Shown here: in pieces, positions 16,785 to 26,192 of the stretch
Position numbering within the stretch: position 1 is the stretch's first letter
Layout: every line of letters starts with the position of its first letter
Source of the DNA: Guillardia theta nucleomorph
Lineage: Eukaryota > Protista > Cryptophyta
Reading direction: 5' to 3'
NCBI GenBank assembly: GCA_000002975.1
Contig: AF165818.4
Coordinates: forward strand, 1 to 32,000
DNA: 32,000 nt
The notes under the pieces: model-generated
Seen by the model: only the letters and a program-made list of their open reading frames with translations
Told to the model about the DNA's origin: nothing
Databases searched by the model: none
Position numbers and translations under genes: made by a program

Positions 16785-16799
16785 CTAATTATTCATGAG

Positions 16800-18074
16800 C
16801 TAATAATATGAAAGTATGTTATCATAATTATTAATAATGTCTAGAATATAATCTTTTGATTCACGAAATAAAGTATTAGCTTCATCTAGTAAAATTTCAC
16901 CACAATAATACTCAAGGAATGCATTCCTTTTTTTTAAAAGTTCAAAGTTTTGAATAATTTTTTTAATAACTGGGTTGAAAGATGTATGATTCAATAAATA
17001 AGTTAGACTGCTGTAATTTTCTTTTTTTACATTATTGTTGATAATTACAGAATCATATTGGTTTAATAATTGAGAGTAAAATCTGGTTTGATCATAGAAA
17101 ATTTTATCATAAATACTATTTGCGAACAATTTATAAAAATTTCTGTTTGATAATTCAATTGATGATAGGTAGTTTCCAGATTTTAAATCTAAATTCATAC
17201 TTATTTCATTCAGTTGATTTGTTTTGTTTTCAATCATAGAAGGTCTTTTTTTCCTTAATTTTGATAGTAAAATATCAATATTAATTGTAGAGAAAAATAA
17301 ATTCAGATAAGGATTTACTATTAGCGGAGAAATCAAGGTTTCTAGTGTGAAATTGTGATTCAATGTATTCATAATTATTGATATAGTTTTTCCAATAATG
17401 TAATTAACTTTCCTAAATGACAATTCATTATTGATTTGATTTTTTGTAAGTAAGTTTTCTATGGCATGATTTTGGAAAAAAATATTTGAATCACAATATA
17501 GCCCTTGCCAGGCTATGCTCAAAACACTATTGTAAGGCTGAAAGGTTACTTGTGTATTACCGTATAAATCAGGGAATATTGAACAACAATTTATGAAACT
17601 CTTTGGATAATTATTTCTGATATATTCAATTAAATATGAACTTAAACCTGCACCCGTTCCGCCATTTATAGAGTTGAAAACATTAAAATATTTCACACTA
17701 TTCATTTTTTCAATTCTCTTTCTTAAAATATTATCAACCAAATTGCAATTACTTATTCCTTCGTAATATCCTTTTAGCCAACTGTTACCAGTATTTTTAT
17801 TTAGTATAAAATGCCTGTTTTTATCGTACATTTTAGAATAATTACTTTTCATTATGTAATTAAAATCTCTCTCTGAGAGGTCAAAAATAATTGTCCTCGG
17901 TATAAAAAAACTTTCATTAGATTCTTCAAAAAAGACATTATCGTTAGTTGGAGAATTTTTGCCTAAAGAAAAGTCCGAAAGTAAATTTTTTTCTCTAACC
18001 AAGGACTTCCAAAATTCATTTCCAGTCAATATTCCTGTTTTACCAACTTGAAGAGTTAGGATTTCATTATTCAT
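16800..18074 (-). CDS. tubG: Gamma-tubulin (highly divergent)
   Basis: EILTLQVG...EFW, FIPRTIIFDL, SINGGTGAG, QPYNS, and the gamma-type C-terminal KRNAFLEYY. Confidence 0.88.
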   Translation of the reverse strand: MNNEILTLQVGKTGILTGNEFWKSLVREKNLLSDFSLGKNSPTNDNVFFEESNESFFIPRTIIFDLSERDFNYIMKSNYSKMYDKNRHFILNKNTGNSWLKGYYEGISNCNLVDNILRKRIEKMNSVKYFNVFNSINGGTGAGLSSYLIEYIRNNYPKSFINCCSIFPDLYGNTQVTFQPYNSVLSIAWQGLYCDSNIFFQNHAIENLLTKNQINNELSFRKVNYIIGKTISIIMNTLNHNFTLETLISPLIVNPYLNLFFSTINIDILLSKLRKKRPSMIENKTNQLNEISMNLDLKSGNYLSSIELSNRNFYKLFANSIYDKIFYDQTRFYSQLLNQYDSVIINNNVKKENYSSLTYLLNHTSFNPVIKKIIQNFELLKKRNAFLEYYCGEILLDEANTLFRESKDYILDIINNYDNILSYY

Positions 18075-18100
18075 AGCATAAATAAAATAAAATTAATTTA

Positions 18101-18442
18101 TTAAAATTTACTACATTTTTCCAAAAATAATTCACATCTTTTGAATTTTATTGATTGGTATAAATCTCCTATATGTTCATATGCAATTGAGATTTTACAA
18201 ATTATTTCAAGAATAATTCTTAAACTACTTTCGATCTTTTTTTTCAATTTAACGGTTTTATTACTATTACGAGAACCGATACAATAATTCAGATAATTAT
18301 AAATATTATTCATTTTTGATATATTTAAATTTTTTTTAAATTGATAATATTTTAGATTCAATGTTGTTTTTTGAAAGTTTCTGTAAATTTTATAAGTATA
18401 ATATGATAGTTGAAAAAACGGTTTCTTTATGAAGGAAAGCAT
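18101..18442 (-). CDS. Probable C-terminal (DSHCT) part of the upstream Mtr4/Ski2 helicase, out of frame
   Basis: MNNIYNY...IESSLRIILEII...AYEHIGD...IKF resembles the Mtr4 C-terminus (MEVVYEW...EGSLIR...ANTIGN). The frame is open back to the A11 run at 18453-18463. Confidence 0.65.
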   Translation of the reverse strand: MLSFIKKPFFQLSYYTYKIYRNFQKTTLNLKYYQFKKNLNISKMNNIYNYLNYCIGSRNSNKTVKLKKKIESSLRIILEIICKISIAYEHIGDLYQSIKFKRCELFLEKCSKF

Positions 18443-20586
18443 AGAATTGAAGTTTTTTTTTTTCCTAAATGTAATTCAAAATTAGATAAAATAGAAACGA
18501 TTACTTCAATAGGTTTTTTTAAAAAAAAACCATTATATATCAATTCTAGCAAAATCAAATTTTCATCTAATCTACTTTTAATGCATACTTCAGCTTTTTT
18601 ATTTAATCTTTGATTACTACCGATAAGGCCCATGTTTTTTAGTGATTTGCTTATTTTTTCAAATTGCAATAAGAAAGAGTTTTTATTCTTTAAATCAAAT
18701 ATATTATTCAAATAATATTCAAGGTTAAGCATTTTAAAAAAAAAAAATTTATTTTTTTGGGTAAGTTTCGAATGATTATATATTATCGATGAGGATATTA
18801 ATTTAATTATTAAATTCATAACTAAAGTCTTGTTGAAGATTAAAAATTTATGAATCTTAAGAAAAAACTTCTCATTGAGATATATAGGTCTATAAATTTT
18901 TCTTTTACAAAAAGAGGTTACTTCAAATGCATATTGAAGTGATATTTTGGAATAATTATTAAAATATCTAAATAAATCAGTAAATAAAAAAAATAAATAA
19001 GAGAAATTATTTCCACTAAAAAGATTTAAATTTTGATTTTTTCTTTTTATAATAACGTAAGAATTTCTATAAAAAATTTTTGAGTTTTTATCTTTTTTGT
19101 AGCTTGATATCAGATGTGAAAAATAATTGATTTTTTCTTTATTATCTAAACATGATAATTTTAGTGATATATAAACTGATAATTTATAAATCGAATTAGG
19201 GTTTGGATCAGTTTTATTTATAATAGAGTTTAATAAATCAAAATCGTTATTATTTCTATAAATAGTAAAAATAAAGCCTTTATGGTCAATTCCTCTTCTA
19301 CCTGCTCGTCCACTCATTTGGATAAATTCTGATTTTCTTAATTTTCTAATTTTATTTCCATCGAATTTTTTTAATGTATGGAAAACCACTGTTTTAGCTG
19401 GCATGTTTAAACCTATTGAAAATGTTTCAGTGGCAAATAGAATTTTAATTAAATTCACTTGAAATAAAATCTCTATAAGCTTTTTAGAAACTATCGATAT
19501 ATCAGAATTATGTACTGCTATTCCATTTAATAATAAAATCCAAAAATTTTTATATGAATCTAATTCATGTGAAATGATACTGAATTTTTTTTTTTTTCCT
19601 ATCATTTCTAATAATCTATTTAATATGTTTTTTTCAAAAATGCTTAAGAACGAAAACTTCATAAAGTTTTTTGATAACAAAATGCATTTTTTTTTATTGA
19701 AAATGAAATATATTAATGGAAGTAAATTTTTATTTTTTAGCAATCTGATTAATTGGTTAAAATCTTGAATTGAATTTTTTCTAAAGTTTATTTTAATTCC
19801 TTTTTTATAATTAAAAATTAGATTTTTGTTTTTTAAGAAAAAATCTAATTTTGCAATTTTATCTATTTTTGATAAATAAATATAATTAACTAAAGGAATT
19901 ATTCTTCTATCGGTTTTTATTGTGAATAATATTTTTTTTCTTGTTATGAAAATCCATTCAGACATTTCCATCAAATTCGAAATAGTTGCACTGAGATATA
20001 TTATATTTATATAACCTGGCGTTATAATTATGATTTCTTCCCAAACAAATCCTCTAGTCTCATCAAATATAAAATGAGCTTCGTCTATAATTATATAATT
20101 TATATTTTTAAGCCAATTCGAATTATTTAATATATATAACCTAAAAATTTCAGTAGTCATGATAACACAATTTGCATCAGGATTAATAATTTGGTCTCCC
20201 GTTATTATTCCTACATTATAAAAAATATTTTTAAAATCTTCAAACTTCTGATTCGATAATGCTTTTATAGGAGATAAATATATTACTCTTTTGTTCAGTT
20301 TAAGAGTTGAAAAAATAACTTGTTCTCCAACCAATGTTTTTCCTGATGAAGTGTGTGCTGCGACAAAAATATCTACGTTAAAATACATCAAATTCAAACA
20401 AATAAGTTGAAAATTATCTAATTTAAAATTATATTTTAAATTAGATAGTAATTTTTTAAAAAAGTTTTTCAATTTTCTAAATAAAATTGATTTGTTATAA
20501 CAGGTACAATATATAAATAAATTATTAAGATTAAAAATAATAATTTGAAATGTAATAAAAACATTCTCACTACATCTTATGTCCAT
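18427..20586 (-). CDS. mtr4: Ski2-like DExH RNA helicase (Mtr4/Dob1 type), N-terminal 719 aa
   Basis: AHTSSGKT, SPIKALSNQK, DEAH, LSATISN, FATETFSIGLNMPAKTVVF, QMSGRAGRRGID, and LLELIYNGFF at the start of DSHCT. Confidence 0.9.
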   Translation of the reverse strand: MDIRCSENVFITFQIIIFNLNNLFIYCTCYNKSILFRKLKNFFKKLLSNLKYNFKLDNFQLICLNLMYFNVDIFVAAHTSSGKTLVGEQVIFSTLKLNKRVIYLSPIKALSNQKFEDFKNIFYNVGIITGDQIINPDANCVIMTTEIFRLYILNNSNWLKNINYIIIDEAHFIFDETRGFVWEEIIIITPGYINIIYLSATISNLMEMSEWIFITRKKILFTIKTDRRIIPLVNYIYLSKIDKIAKLDFFLKNKNLIFNYKKGIKINFRKNSIQDFNQLIRLLKNKNLLPLIYFIFNKKKCILLSKNFMKFSFLSIFEKNILNRLLEMIGKKKKFSIISHELDSYKNFWILLLNGIAVHNSDISIVSKKLIEILFQVNLIKILFATETFSIGLNMPAKTVVFHTLKKFDGNKIRKLRKSEFIQMSGRAGRRGIDHKGFIFTIYRNNNDFDLLNSIINKTDPNPNSIYKLSVYISLKLSCLDNKEKINYFSHLISSYKKDKNSKIFYRNSYVIIKRKNQNLNLFSGNNFSYLFFLFTDLFRYFNNYSKISLQYAFEVTSFCKRKIYRPIYLNEKFFLKIHKFLIFNKTLVMNLIIKLISSSIIYNHSKLTQKNKFFFFKMLNLEYYLNNIFDLKNKNSFLLQFEKISKSLKNMGLIGSNQRLNKKAEVCIKSRLDENLILLELIYNGFFLKKPIEVIVSILSNFELHLGKKKTSILCFPS

Positions 20587-20632
20587 TACAGTTGATATTG
20601 CTGATAAATATTATATAAATATATGTTATATT

Positions 20633-22168
20633 CTAATTATTTATTATTTCGTCAATTCTTAAAATTGAACATGCCATTTGAGTTGCAGCAAGAAATTGTT
20701 GTTGTTTTCCAAGAAGAGTCTCGTAAATTTTTTGTTTTTTCATATCAAGAACATGGTTTTTTAAATTTCCAACTCCAATATTAGAATTATTTTGTTTTAT
20801 TTGGTATTCTTCTATAATAGAAATTGTTTGTAAAGGATTTTTACCAGCATTCTGAGCTAAGGTTTTGGTTATAGATTTCAAAGCCAGTGAATATGCTTTA
20901 AAAACCATGTTCTTAAGGCTATTGTTATCATTAAAAATTTCAACTAATTTTAAAGAACATGATATTTCAGAAGATCCGCCACCAGAAACGACTTTGCATC
21001 TTTTGATCATATTTCTAATTGCCCACATGGAATCTCGTATTGATCTTTTTGCTTCTTGAATCACGAAGTCACTCCCTCCTCGTAACAATATTGAAACACA
21101 ATTAGATCTAGCACAATTTTCGAAAATTATCATTTTATTTTCATGATTTCCTATTACTTTTTCTGTTACTTTACCACAAAACCCAATTGTTGAAGAATTT
21201 ATTTCGGAATATCTAGAGTTAATTGAAGATCCAGTTTGTATTGATAATAATTCTATTTCTGTTCCATTCACCCATCTGATTGCAGATATTTTGTTTCTTA
21301 ATAATAAATGATTACCTTCATCATCAAAACCCCATTGACAAATAAGTAAATTTGCACCACTTTTTTTTATCTGTGAAATCATTTGTTTAAAAAATATCTG
21401 CTCCGTACTGTTTAAATTTTTATAAGATTCCGAATCGGATATTTGAATTTCACACTTATTTTTAGTTTTAGGTGGTTCTAAAGGTTCTGTAACTATACAA
21501 ACTCTAACATCATCGATTTTTTTAGGCATTTGACAATGAGAAAATTCTTTTTCTAAAATTATACCGTTAATCAACATGCTGTTTTCTAATGAGCCACCAA
21601 TTTTACCTTCAATTTTAATAAAATCAAAATTAATATCTCTTCTATCTATATCAGCCACAGCCAAAACTGATTTTAGAGTTATTTCACTTAATTTATCTTT
21701 ACTTCTATTGATTATTTTAGAATTAATTGCTGTTTTTGATACATTTAATAAAAAATTTAATAGGGAAGAATCATTTTCATAACCATATGATATTTTTTCT
21801 AGATGATTAACGCAGAAATCACAGCAATAAAAATATCCTTCAATTATCCTGATAGGATGAACACCATTTTCAATCAATTTAATTGCTTCTTCAAGTAAAA
21901 ACGATGTTAGCAATACTACACCCGTCGTCCCGTCTCCGGTCTCGTCGTCGTGTGATTTAGACATTTCGCATATCATTGATCTAATTAATCCTTTAACTTT
22001 TGCTTTTTCTAAAATTGTAGCCCCATCATTTGTTATAATGAGACTACCATCGTTATCTCTTATTGCTTTATCAAATCCATATGGTCCGAATGATGACTTT
22101 AATACTGATGCAAGAGAAGTTATCTTATTGATATTTCTTTTTATTATATTTACTTTAAATTCATTCAT
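20633..22168 (-). CDS. tcpE: Chaperonin CCT/TCP-1 epsilon subunit
   Basis: ITNDGATIL, GDGTTGVV, and the CCT5-specific CQWGFDDEGNHLL...AIRWV. Confidence 0.95.
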   Translation of the reverse strand: MNEFKVNIIKRNINKITSLASVLKSSFGPYGFDKAIRDNDGSLIITNDGATILEKAKVKGLIRSMICEMSKSHDDETGDGTTGVVLLTSFLLEEAIKLIENGVHPIRIIEGYFYCCDFCVNHLEKISYGYENDSSLLNFLLNVSKTAINSKIINRSKDKLSEITLKSVLAVADIDRRDINFDFIKIEGKIGGSLENSMLINGIILEKEFSHCQMPKKIDDVRVCIVTEPLEPPKTKNKCEIQISDSESYKNLNSTEQIFFKQMISQIKKSGANLLICQWGFDDEGNHLLLRNKISAIRWVNGTEIELLSIQTGSSINSRYSEINSSTIGFCGKVTEKVIGNHENKMIIFENCARSNCVSILLRGGSDFVIQEAKRSIRDSMWAIRNMIKRCKVVSGGGSSEISCSLKLVEIFNDNNSLKNMVFKAYSLALKSITKTLAQNAGKNPLQTISIIEEYQIKQNNSNIGVGNLKNHVLDMKKQKIYETLLGKQQQFLAATQMACSILRIDEIINN

Positions 22169-22535
22169 TATAATTGTGCTTTATTATATCAATATATGAG
22201 TATTTAAACTATACTTTTTTACCAGTTAATAATTAATGTTTATAACATGCTACAGCTATGATATCACGTTAAAAAATTTAAATTGATTTATTAACAAATT
22301 AATGTTAATATCTATTATCTTGTTCAGTATTTACAATATTTTATAAATTAAAATAATCTCGTAATTATTTTTTATTTATTTTTTCGAATAAATTTATAAA
22401 ATTTGTAAAGTATGAATAAAAAAATATATTTTTAAAAAATACTTTTTAGGTTTTTAATGAATGATAAACAAAATTTGTATGATACAGTTTAAGTTTTACT
22501 TTAACAAAAAATTTTTATATTAACAATCAATAAAT

Positions 22536-23120
22536 TTATTTCAAAAATATTTTAGGAATAGGATTATTTTTGTCAAATTTAAGTAAATTATTGATACGGA
22601 ATTTTTTTATCTCTTTTTTTTTTTTTAATACAACTTTACCTAGAGCAGCCAACTGGTCGCTTTTTTGTTCAATAAATTTTCTATTTTTCCAACCCAAAAC
22701 TTCACATACCTTTCCTAGGTTTACTGTTTTTCTGTAATTTTTAATAACCTTATATCTAAATGCCTCAAAAAATTTTTCCTTTTTTATTTTAGAAAAAATT
22801 CTTGGTAACCCCTCAAAAATTTTCAAATTTTTTAGAGCTTTGGAGCCTCTCATTGTTTTGTGGGGTATCATTCTTTTTATTGTTTGATAAAGAATTTTAG
22901 ATGGAGACTTAAAATGAAAAGGACCTCTTCGAGGATTAGTGTTGGTTTTTTTTTTAAAAATCGATTTGTATTTATTTACGTTTCTTCCTAATTTTCCAGT
23001 TATAGATGTAAGCTCGCTGCGAATAATTATAATTTTATCACCTTGTAAAATCTTTTTTGCACAAATAGAAGCCATTCTTCCTAATAAATGGTTTTTTGCA
23101 TCTAATACATGTATTTTCAT
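22536..23120 (-). CDS. rpl13A: 60S ribosomal protein L13a (uL13)
   Basis: DAKNHLLGRMAS, NTNPRRGPFHFKSPS, MIPHKTMRG, LKIFEG. Confidence 0.95.
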   Translation of the reverse strand: MKIHVLDAKNHLLGRMASICAKKILQGDKIIIIRSELTSITGKLGRNVNKYKSIFKKKTNTNPRRGPFHFKSPSKILYQTIKRMIPHKTMRGSKALKNLKIFEGLPRIFSKIKKEKFFEAFRYKVIKNYRKTVNLGKVCEVLGWKNRKFIEQKSDQLAALGKVVLKKKKEIKKFRINNLLKFDKNNPIPKIFLK

Positions 23121-23145
23121 TATACTTATAAATTTTAATATTTAA

Positions 23146-24447
23146 TTATTTATTATTTATTACCAGTTTTAATCTTATTTTACCATTAAGATTTAAAAAA
23201 ATAGAAAGGTAAATATAATCATAATAAATGCAATTTATTCCAAAATTTTTAATATCAAAAGTTCCAAAATAATTCTTAATGTTTATATTGTTAAAATATT
23301 TAAAAATAGGAGTTTTAAAATTTTCAAATTTAATATAAGATATATTAAAAAGATTAATTGATTTTTCAGATAAATAATTAAATTCAATGTTTGGAAGTTG
23401 AGGCGTAAATAATCGGCAATTGAAATAAATTTTTTCTTTATTATTTTTAAAGGACATACCAATAAAAAATTTACCGAAAAATAAAAAATTTTTTCTGATT
23501 AAATTTTTGAAATCTATTTCAATTTTCATTTGATTATCAGAATTAATATTGACTAGACTATCAACATACTTTAAAATTAAATCGAAATTAACTTTTGTAT
23601 TTTCTTTAAAGTTAATATTTTTTCGTAAATTAAAATGCTTACCTAAAATATTTTTCTTCTTTTCGTTTTTGATAATAAACTTATCAAAAAAATTGTTCAT
23701 ATAGTTTAAAAGTGACAATTTAATACAATAATCAGAATTTCTTTTTTTAAATTCTGAGTACATATCTATATTATTGTTTAAAATATTAAAAAATTTACAT
23801 TCCATTTTACTTCTTACCTGATTTTTATGTAAATACATACTTGGAATTATTTCTGATCTTGGAATAAAAGTTTCATTAATGACAAGATAATATAGATTTT
23901 TATCAAGTTTATTTGTTTTGTAAAATCGAGATTCAAAAATTTTTATTTTGTGATTAAATTTTAATATGAAATTTAAAATTTTATTGCTCATTTTTAAAGT
24001 ATCACCAAAATTTAAATTAAGACTGGATAATGTTTTTCTATTTTTTTCCAAACTATTTATTATATTCCTTTGATAAACTTGATTATCCATCATAGACAAT
24101 TTGATTCCTACAAAAATTGGTTCTTTACATATTAAAACTACTTTTCTTTTTTTTTGGTCTTCTTTAAAGTCATAATTTAAAATTTCAACATGATTTATCT
24201 TTTTATTCTTATAATTATTAAATGTTTCGTTTTTTAATACACGACTGATCTGATTGTAATCTTTTTCATTTTTTATTATTTCCGATATAGTCTTTTTTAA
24301 TTCAGTTGAAGATATATCTTCACAATTTTTATAAATAAATTCAAAATTTTTTTTTGAATTTAAATATTGATCATTATTAATTGTATAATTTTCTGAATTT
24401 TTACTTTTTTGATAAAAATTTTTAAAATAATCAAAAAACAATTTCAT
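23146..24447 (-). CDS. 433-aa hypothetical protein; possible divergent Omp85/Toc75-family beta-barrel
   Basis: The long ORF is secure. The family guess rests on a POTRA-like end (KVVLICKEP) and alternating-hydrophobic C-terminal strands, and is tentative. Confidence 0.45.
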   Translation of the reverse strand: MKLFFDYFKNFYQKSKNSENYTINNDQYLNSKKNFEFIYKNCEDISSTELKKTISEIIKNEKDYNQISRVLKNETFNNYKNKKINHVEILNYDFKEDQKKRKVVLICKEPIFVGIKLSMMDNQVYQRNIINSLEKNRKTLSSLNLNFGDTLKMSNKILNFILKFNHKIKIFESRFYKTNKLDKNLYYLVINETFIPRSEIIPSMYLHKNQVRSKMECKFFNILNNNIDMYSEFKKRNSDYCIKLSLLNYMNNFFDKFIIKNEKKKNILGKHFNLRKNINFKENTKVNFDLILKYVDSLVNINSDNQMKIEIDFKNLIRKNFLFFGKFFIGMSFKNNKEKIYFNCRLFTPQLPNIEFNYLSEKSINLFNISYIKFENFKTPIFKYFNNINIKNYFGTFDIKNFGINCIYYDYIYLSIFLNLNGKIRLKLVINNK

Positions 24448-24909
24448 ATTTAATATAAATAATATTTATATAAAGATATAATATAATTTAAACAAATTTA
24501 AAATAATTTAATATTAAATATAAAAAAAAAAATTATATGACTAGAAAAATTAAAATTTAGATGATTTAATAAAATAAAACTTACAAAAATTGAAGATTTG
24601 TCAAATAAGTTAAATAATCTTTTACAAAATTTTAGAAAAAAAGAATGTGTTTTTTAAATTATATATGATTTTGGGTGCTTTATTTAATACTAATCTATAA
24701 ATTGATTATTTTTTGAGTAAAATTAATTAAACTTGATAAAGTTTATTGAATTTAAAAATGAAAAATCAGAAAAGTTTGGATTATCCTTAAAATTTTGTAA
24801 AAATATTTAAACTTTTTTTTATTCGACCACAAATAATGATATTCTCAAAGATATCATAAATATTTAAATAGATTTTTCTTAGATATTACTAACAAAAAAA
24901 CCTCTTGTA

Positions 24910-26079
24910 TCATATTTTAAGATATTTATTTTTAAAATTTATAAGTATTTTTTTTTTTTTTGATTTTTTCATGAATATGATTTTTTCAATATCTTTAGAT
25001 TTTAACTTGATAAATAAGTTTAAAATTTTTTCAACATTTAATTTACAGTTATTTTTTAACGACATATAAATCAAATTTATAATAATAATCTTGTGCATAT
25101 ACTGATAATTTATTTTAGAACTAAAAATTTCAATCAAAATCGATTTATCTGCTTTACTAGAATTAGAAGAATTTTCTATATCTGAACCAATATTTTTTTT
25201 TTGATTATATTCAAGTTTATTTATCAATAAAGAATTATTCATACAATAATTTCTGGATTTTTTATTAATTGTGTCAATTTTAATTTTATTAATTGCTTTA
25301 CAAACAATCAATGATTTTCCTGCAATTTTTCGATTATTCATTGTTATTATTGCTTCTTCAGCATCTTCATGATTTTCAAAATTAATGTAGGCAAAACCTT
25401 TGGGAATACTATTATACCACAATGGTATAAAAATTGATGTTATTTTACCGAAAACTCCAAATAAATTAAAAATTACTTTTTCTGATAATTTGTCAACAGG
25501 CAAATTTTTTACATAAATATTTGTAAACAAATCACATGAGGATATTCTTTCTCTTTGAGATTTATTTAAAAAATGCTTTACAGTTATCATTTTATTAGAT
25601 ATTAATTTTCCATTCAAGTTATTGATTGCTGATATAGCATCTTTCATTTCTTTGTAGTGAACAAATCCATAACCTAAAGAACTGCCTTCGTTGTCATATT
25701 TGATTTTGGAAGATAATATCTCACCATATTCACTAAAGAGACTATGTAAATCTTTTGGAGAAAAATTATAAGGTAAATTTTTGATGAATAAATTTCCATA
25801 TCCTGATTTTCTAATGCTGTTGTTATTATTTTTCCACATTATTCTAATTGGTGTTTTAAAAAGTTCCGTATCTGAGTAAAAATTCATATCATTCAATGCT
25901 TTTTTAGCAGAGGAATAGCTATTGAAATAAACGTAGCTATATCCTAATGAATTTCCAGAAAAAATATCTTTGCATATTCTTAATCCAGAAATTTCATAAT
26001 CTTTACGAAAAATTCGCTCCAAGTCTATATCTTTCAAACTAACATTTAAATCTCCAACGTAGAGACAATAACAATTCAT
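24910..26079 (-). CDS. pab: Polyadenylate-binding protein (3 RRMs plus degenerate MLLE), 389 aa
   Basis: LYVGDL, SLGYSYVYF, PIRIMW...RKSGYGNLFIKNL, SLGYGFVHY, FTNIYVKNL, KGFAYINF. Start moved to the ATG at 26079 because the GTG extension overlaps a tRNA. Confidence 0.9.
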   Translation of the reverse strand: MNCYCLYVGDLNVSLKDIDLERIFRKDYEISGLRICKDIFSGNSLGYSYVYFNSYSSAKKALNDMNFYSDTELFKTPIRIMWKNNNNSIRKSGYGNLFIKNLPYNFSPKDLHSLFSEYGEILSSKIKYDNEGSSLGYGFVHYKEMKDAISAINNLNGKLISNKMITVKHFLNKSQRERISSCDLFTNIYVKNLPVDKLSEKVIFNLFGVFGKITSIFIPLWYNSIPKGFAYINFENHEDAEEAIITMNNRKIAGKSLIVCKAINKIKIDTINKKSRNYCMNNSLLINKLEYNQKKNIGSDIENSSNSSKADKSILIEIFSSKINYQYMHKIIIINLIYMSLKNNCKLNVEKILNLFIKLKSKDIEKIIFMKKSKKKKILINFKNKYLKI

Positions 26080-26112
26080 AAGTAAGTTATTATTAAAATA
26101 TAAATTATTATC

Positions 26113-26192
26113 TAACCTTGATGGGATTCGAACCCACAATCCCTGGATTTATTAATAGAAGTCCAGTGCGTTATCCATTGCGCTACAAGGCT
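26113..26192 (-). tRNA. trnR(UCU): tRNA-Arg(UCU) with a 7-nt intron (26149-26155)
   Basis: Acceptor AGCCTTG/CAAGGTT; D arm GCGCAATGGATAACGC; anticodon arm CTGGA-CT-TCT-A[TTAATAA]A-TCCAG; T arm GTGGG-TTCGAAT-CCCAT. 73 + 7 nt. Confidence 0.93.

Noticed and set aside
22205-22262. U3-like ACTATACTTT and a 10-nt match (TGCTACAGCT) to rDNA 3721-3730
   Set aside because: No box A or C/D context, and a 10-mer match to 6 kb of rRNA is expected by chance.
26080-26192. N-terminal extensions of pab (GTG 26139) and of the + ORF (TTG 26118)
   Set aside because: Both translate the tRNA-Arg gene.
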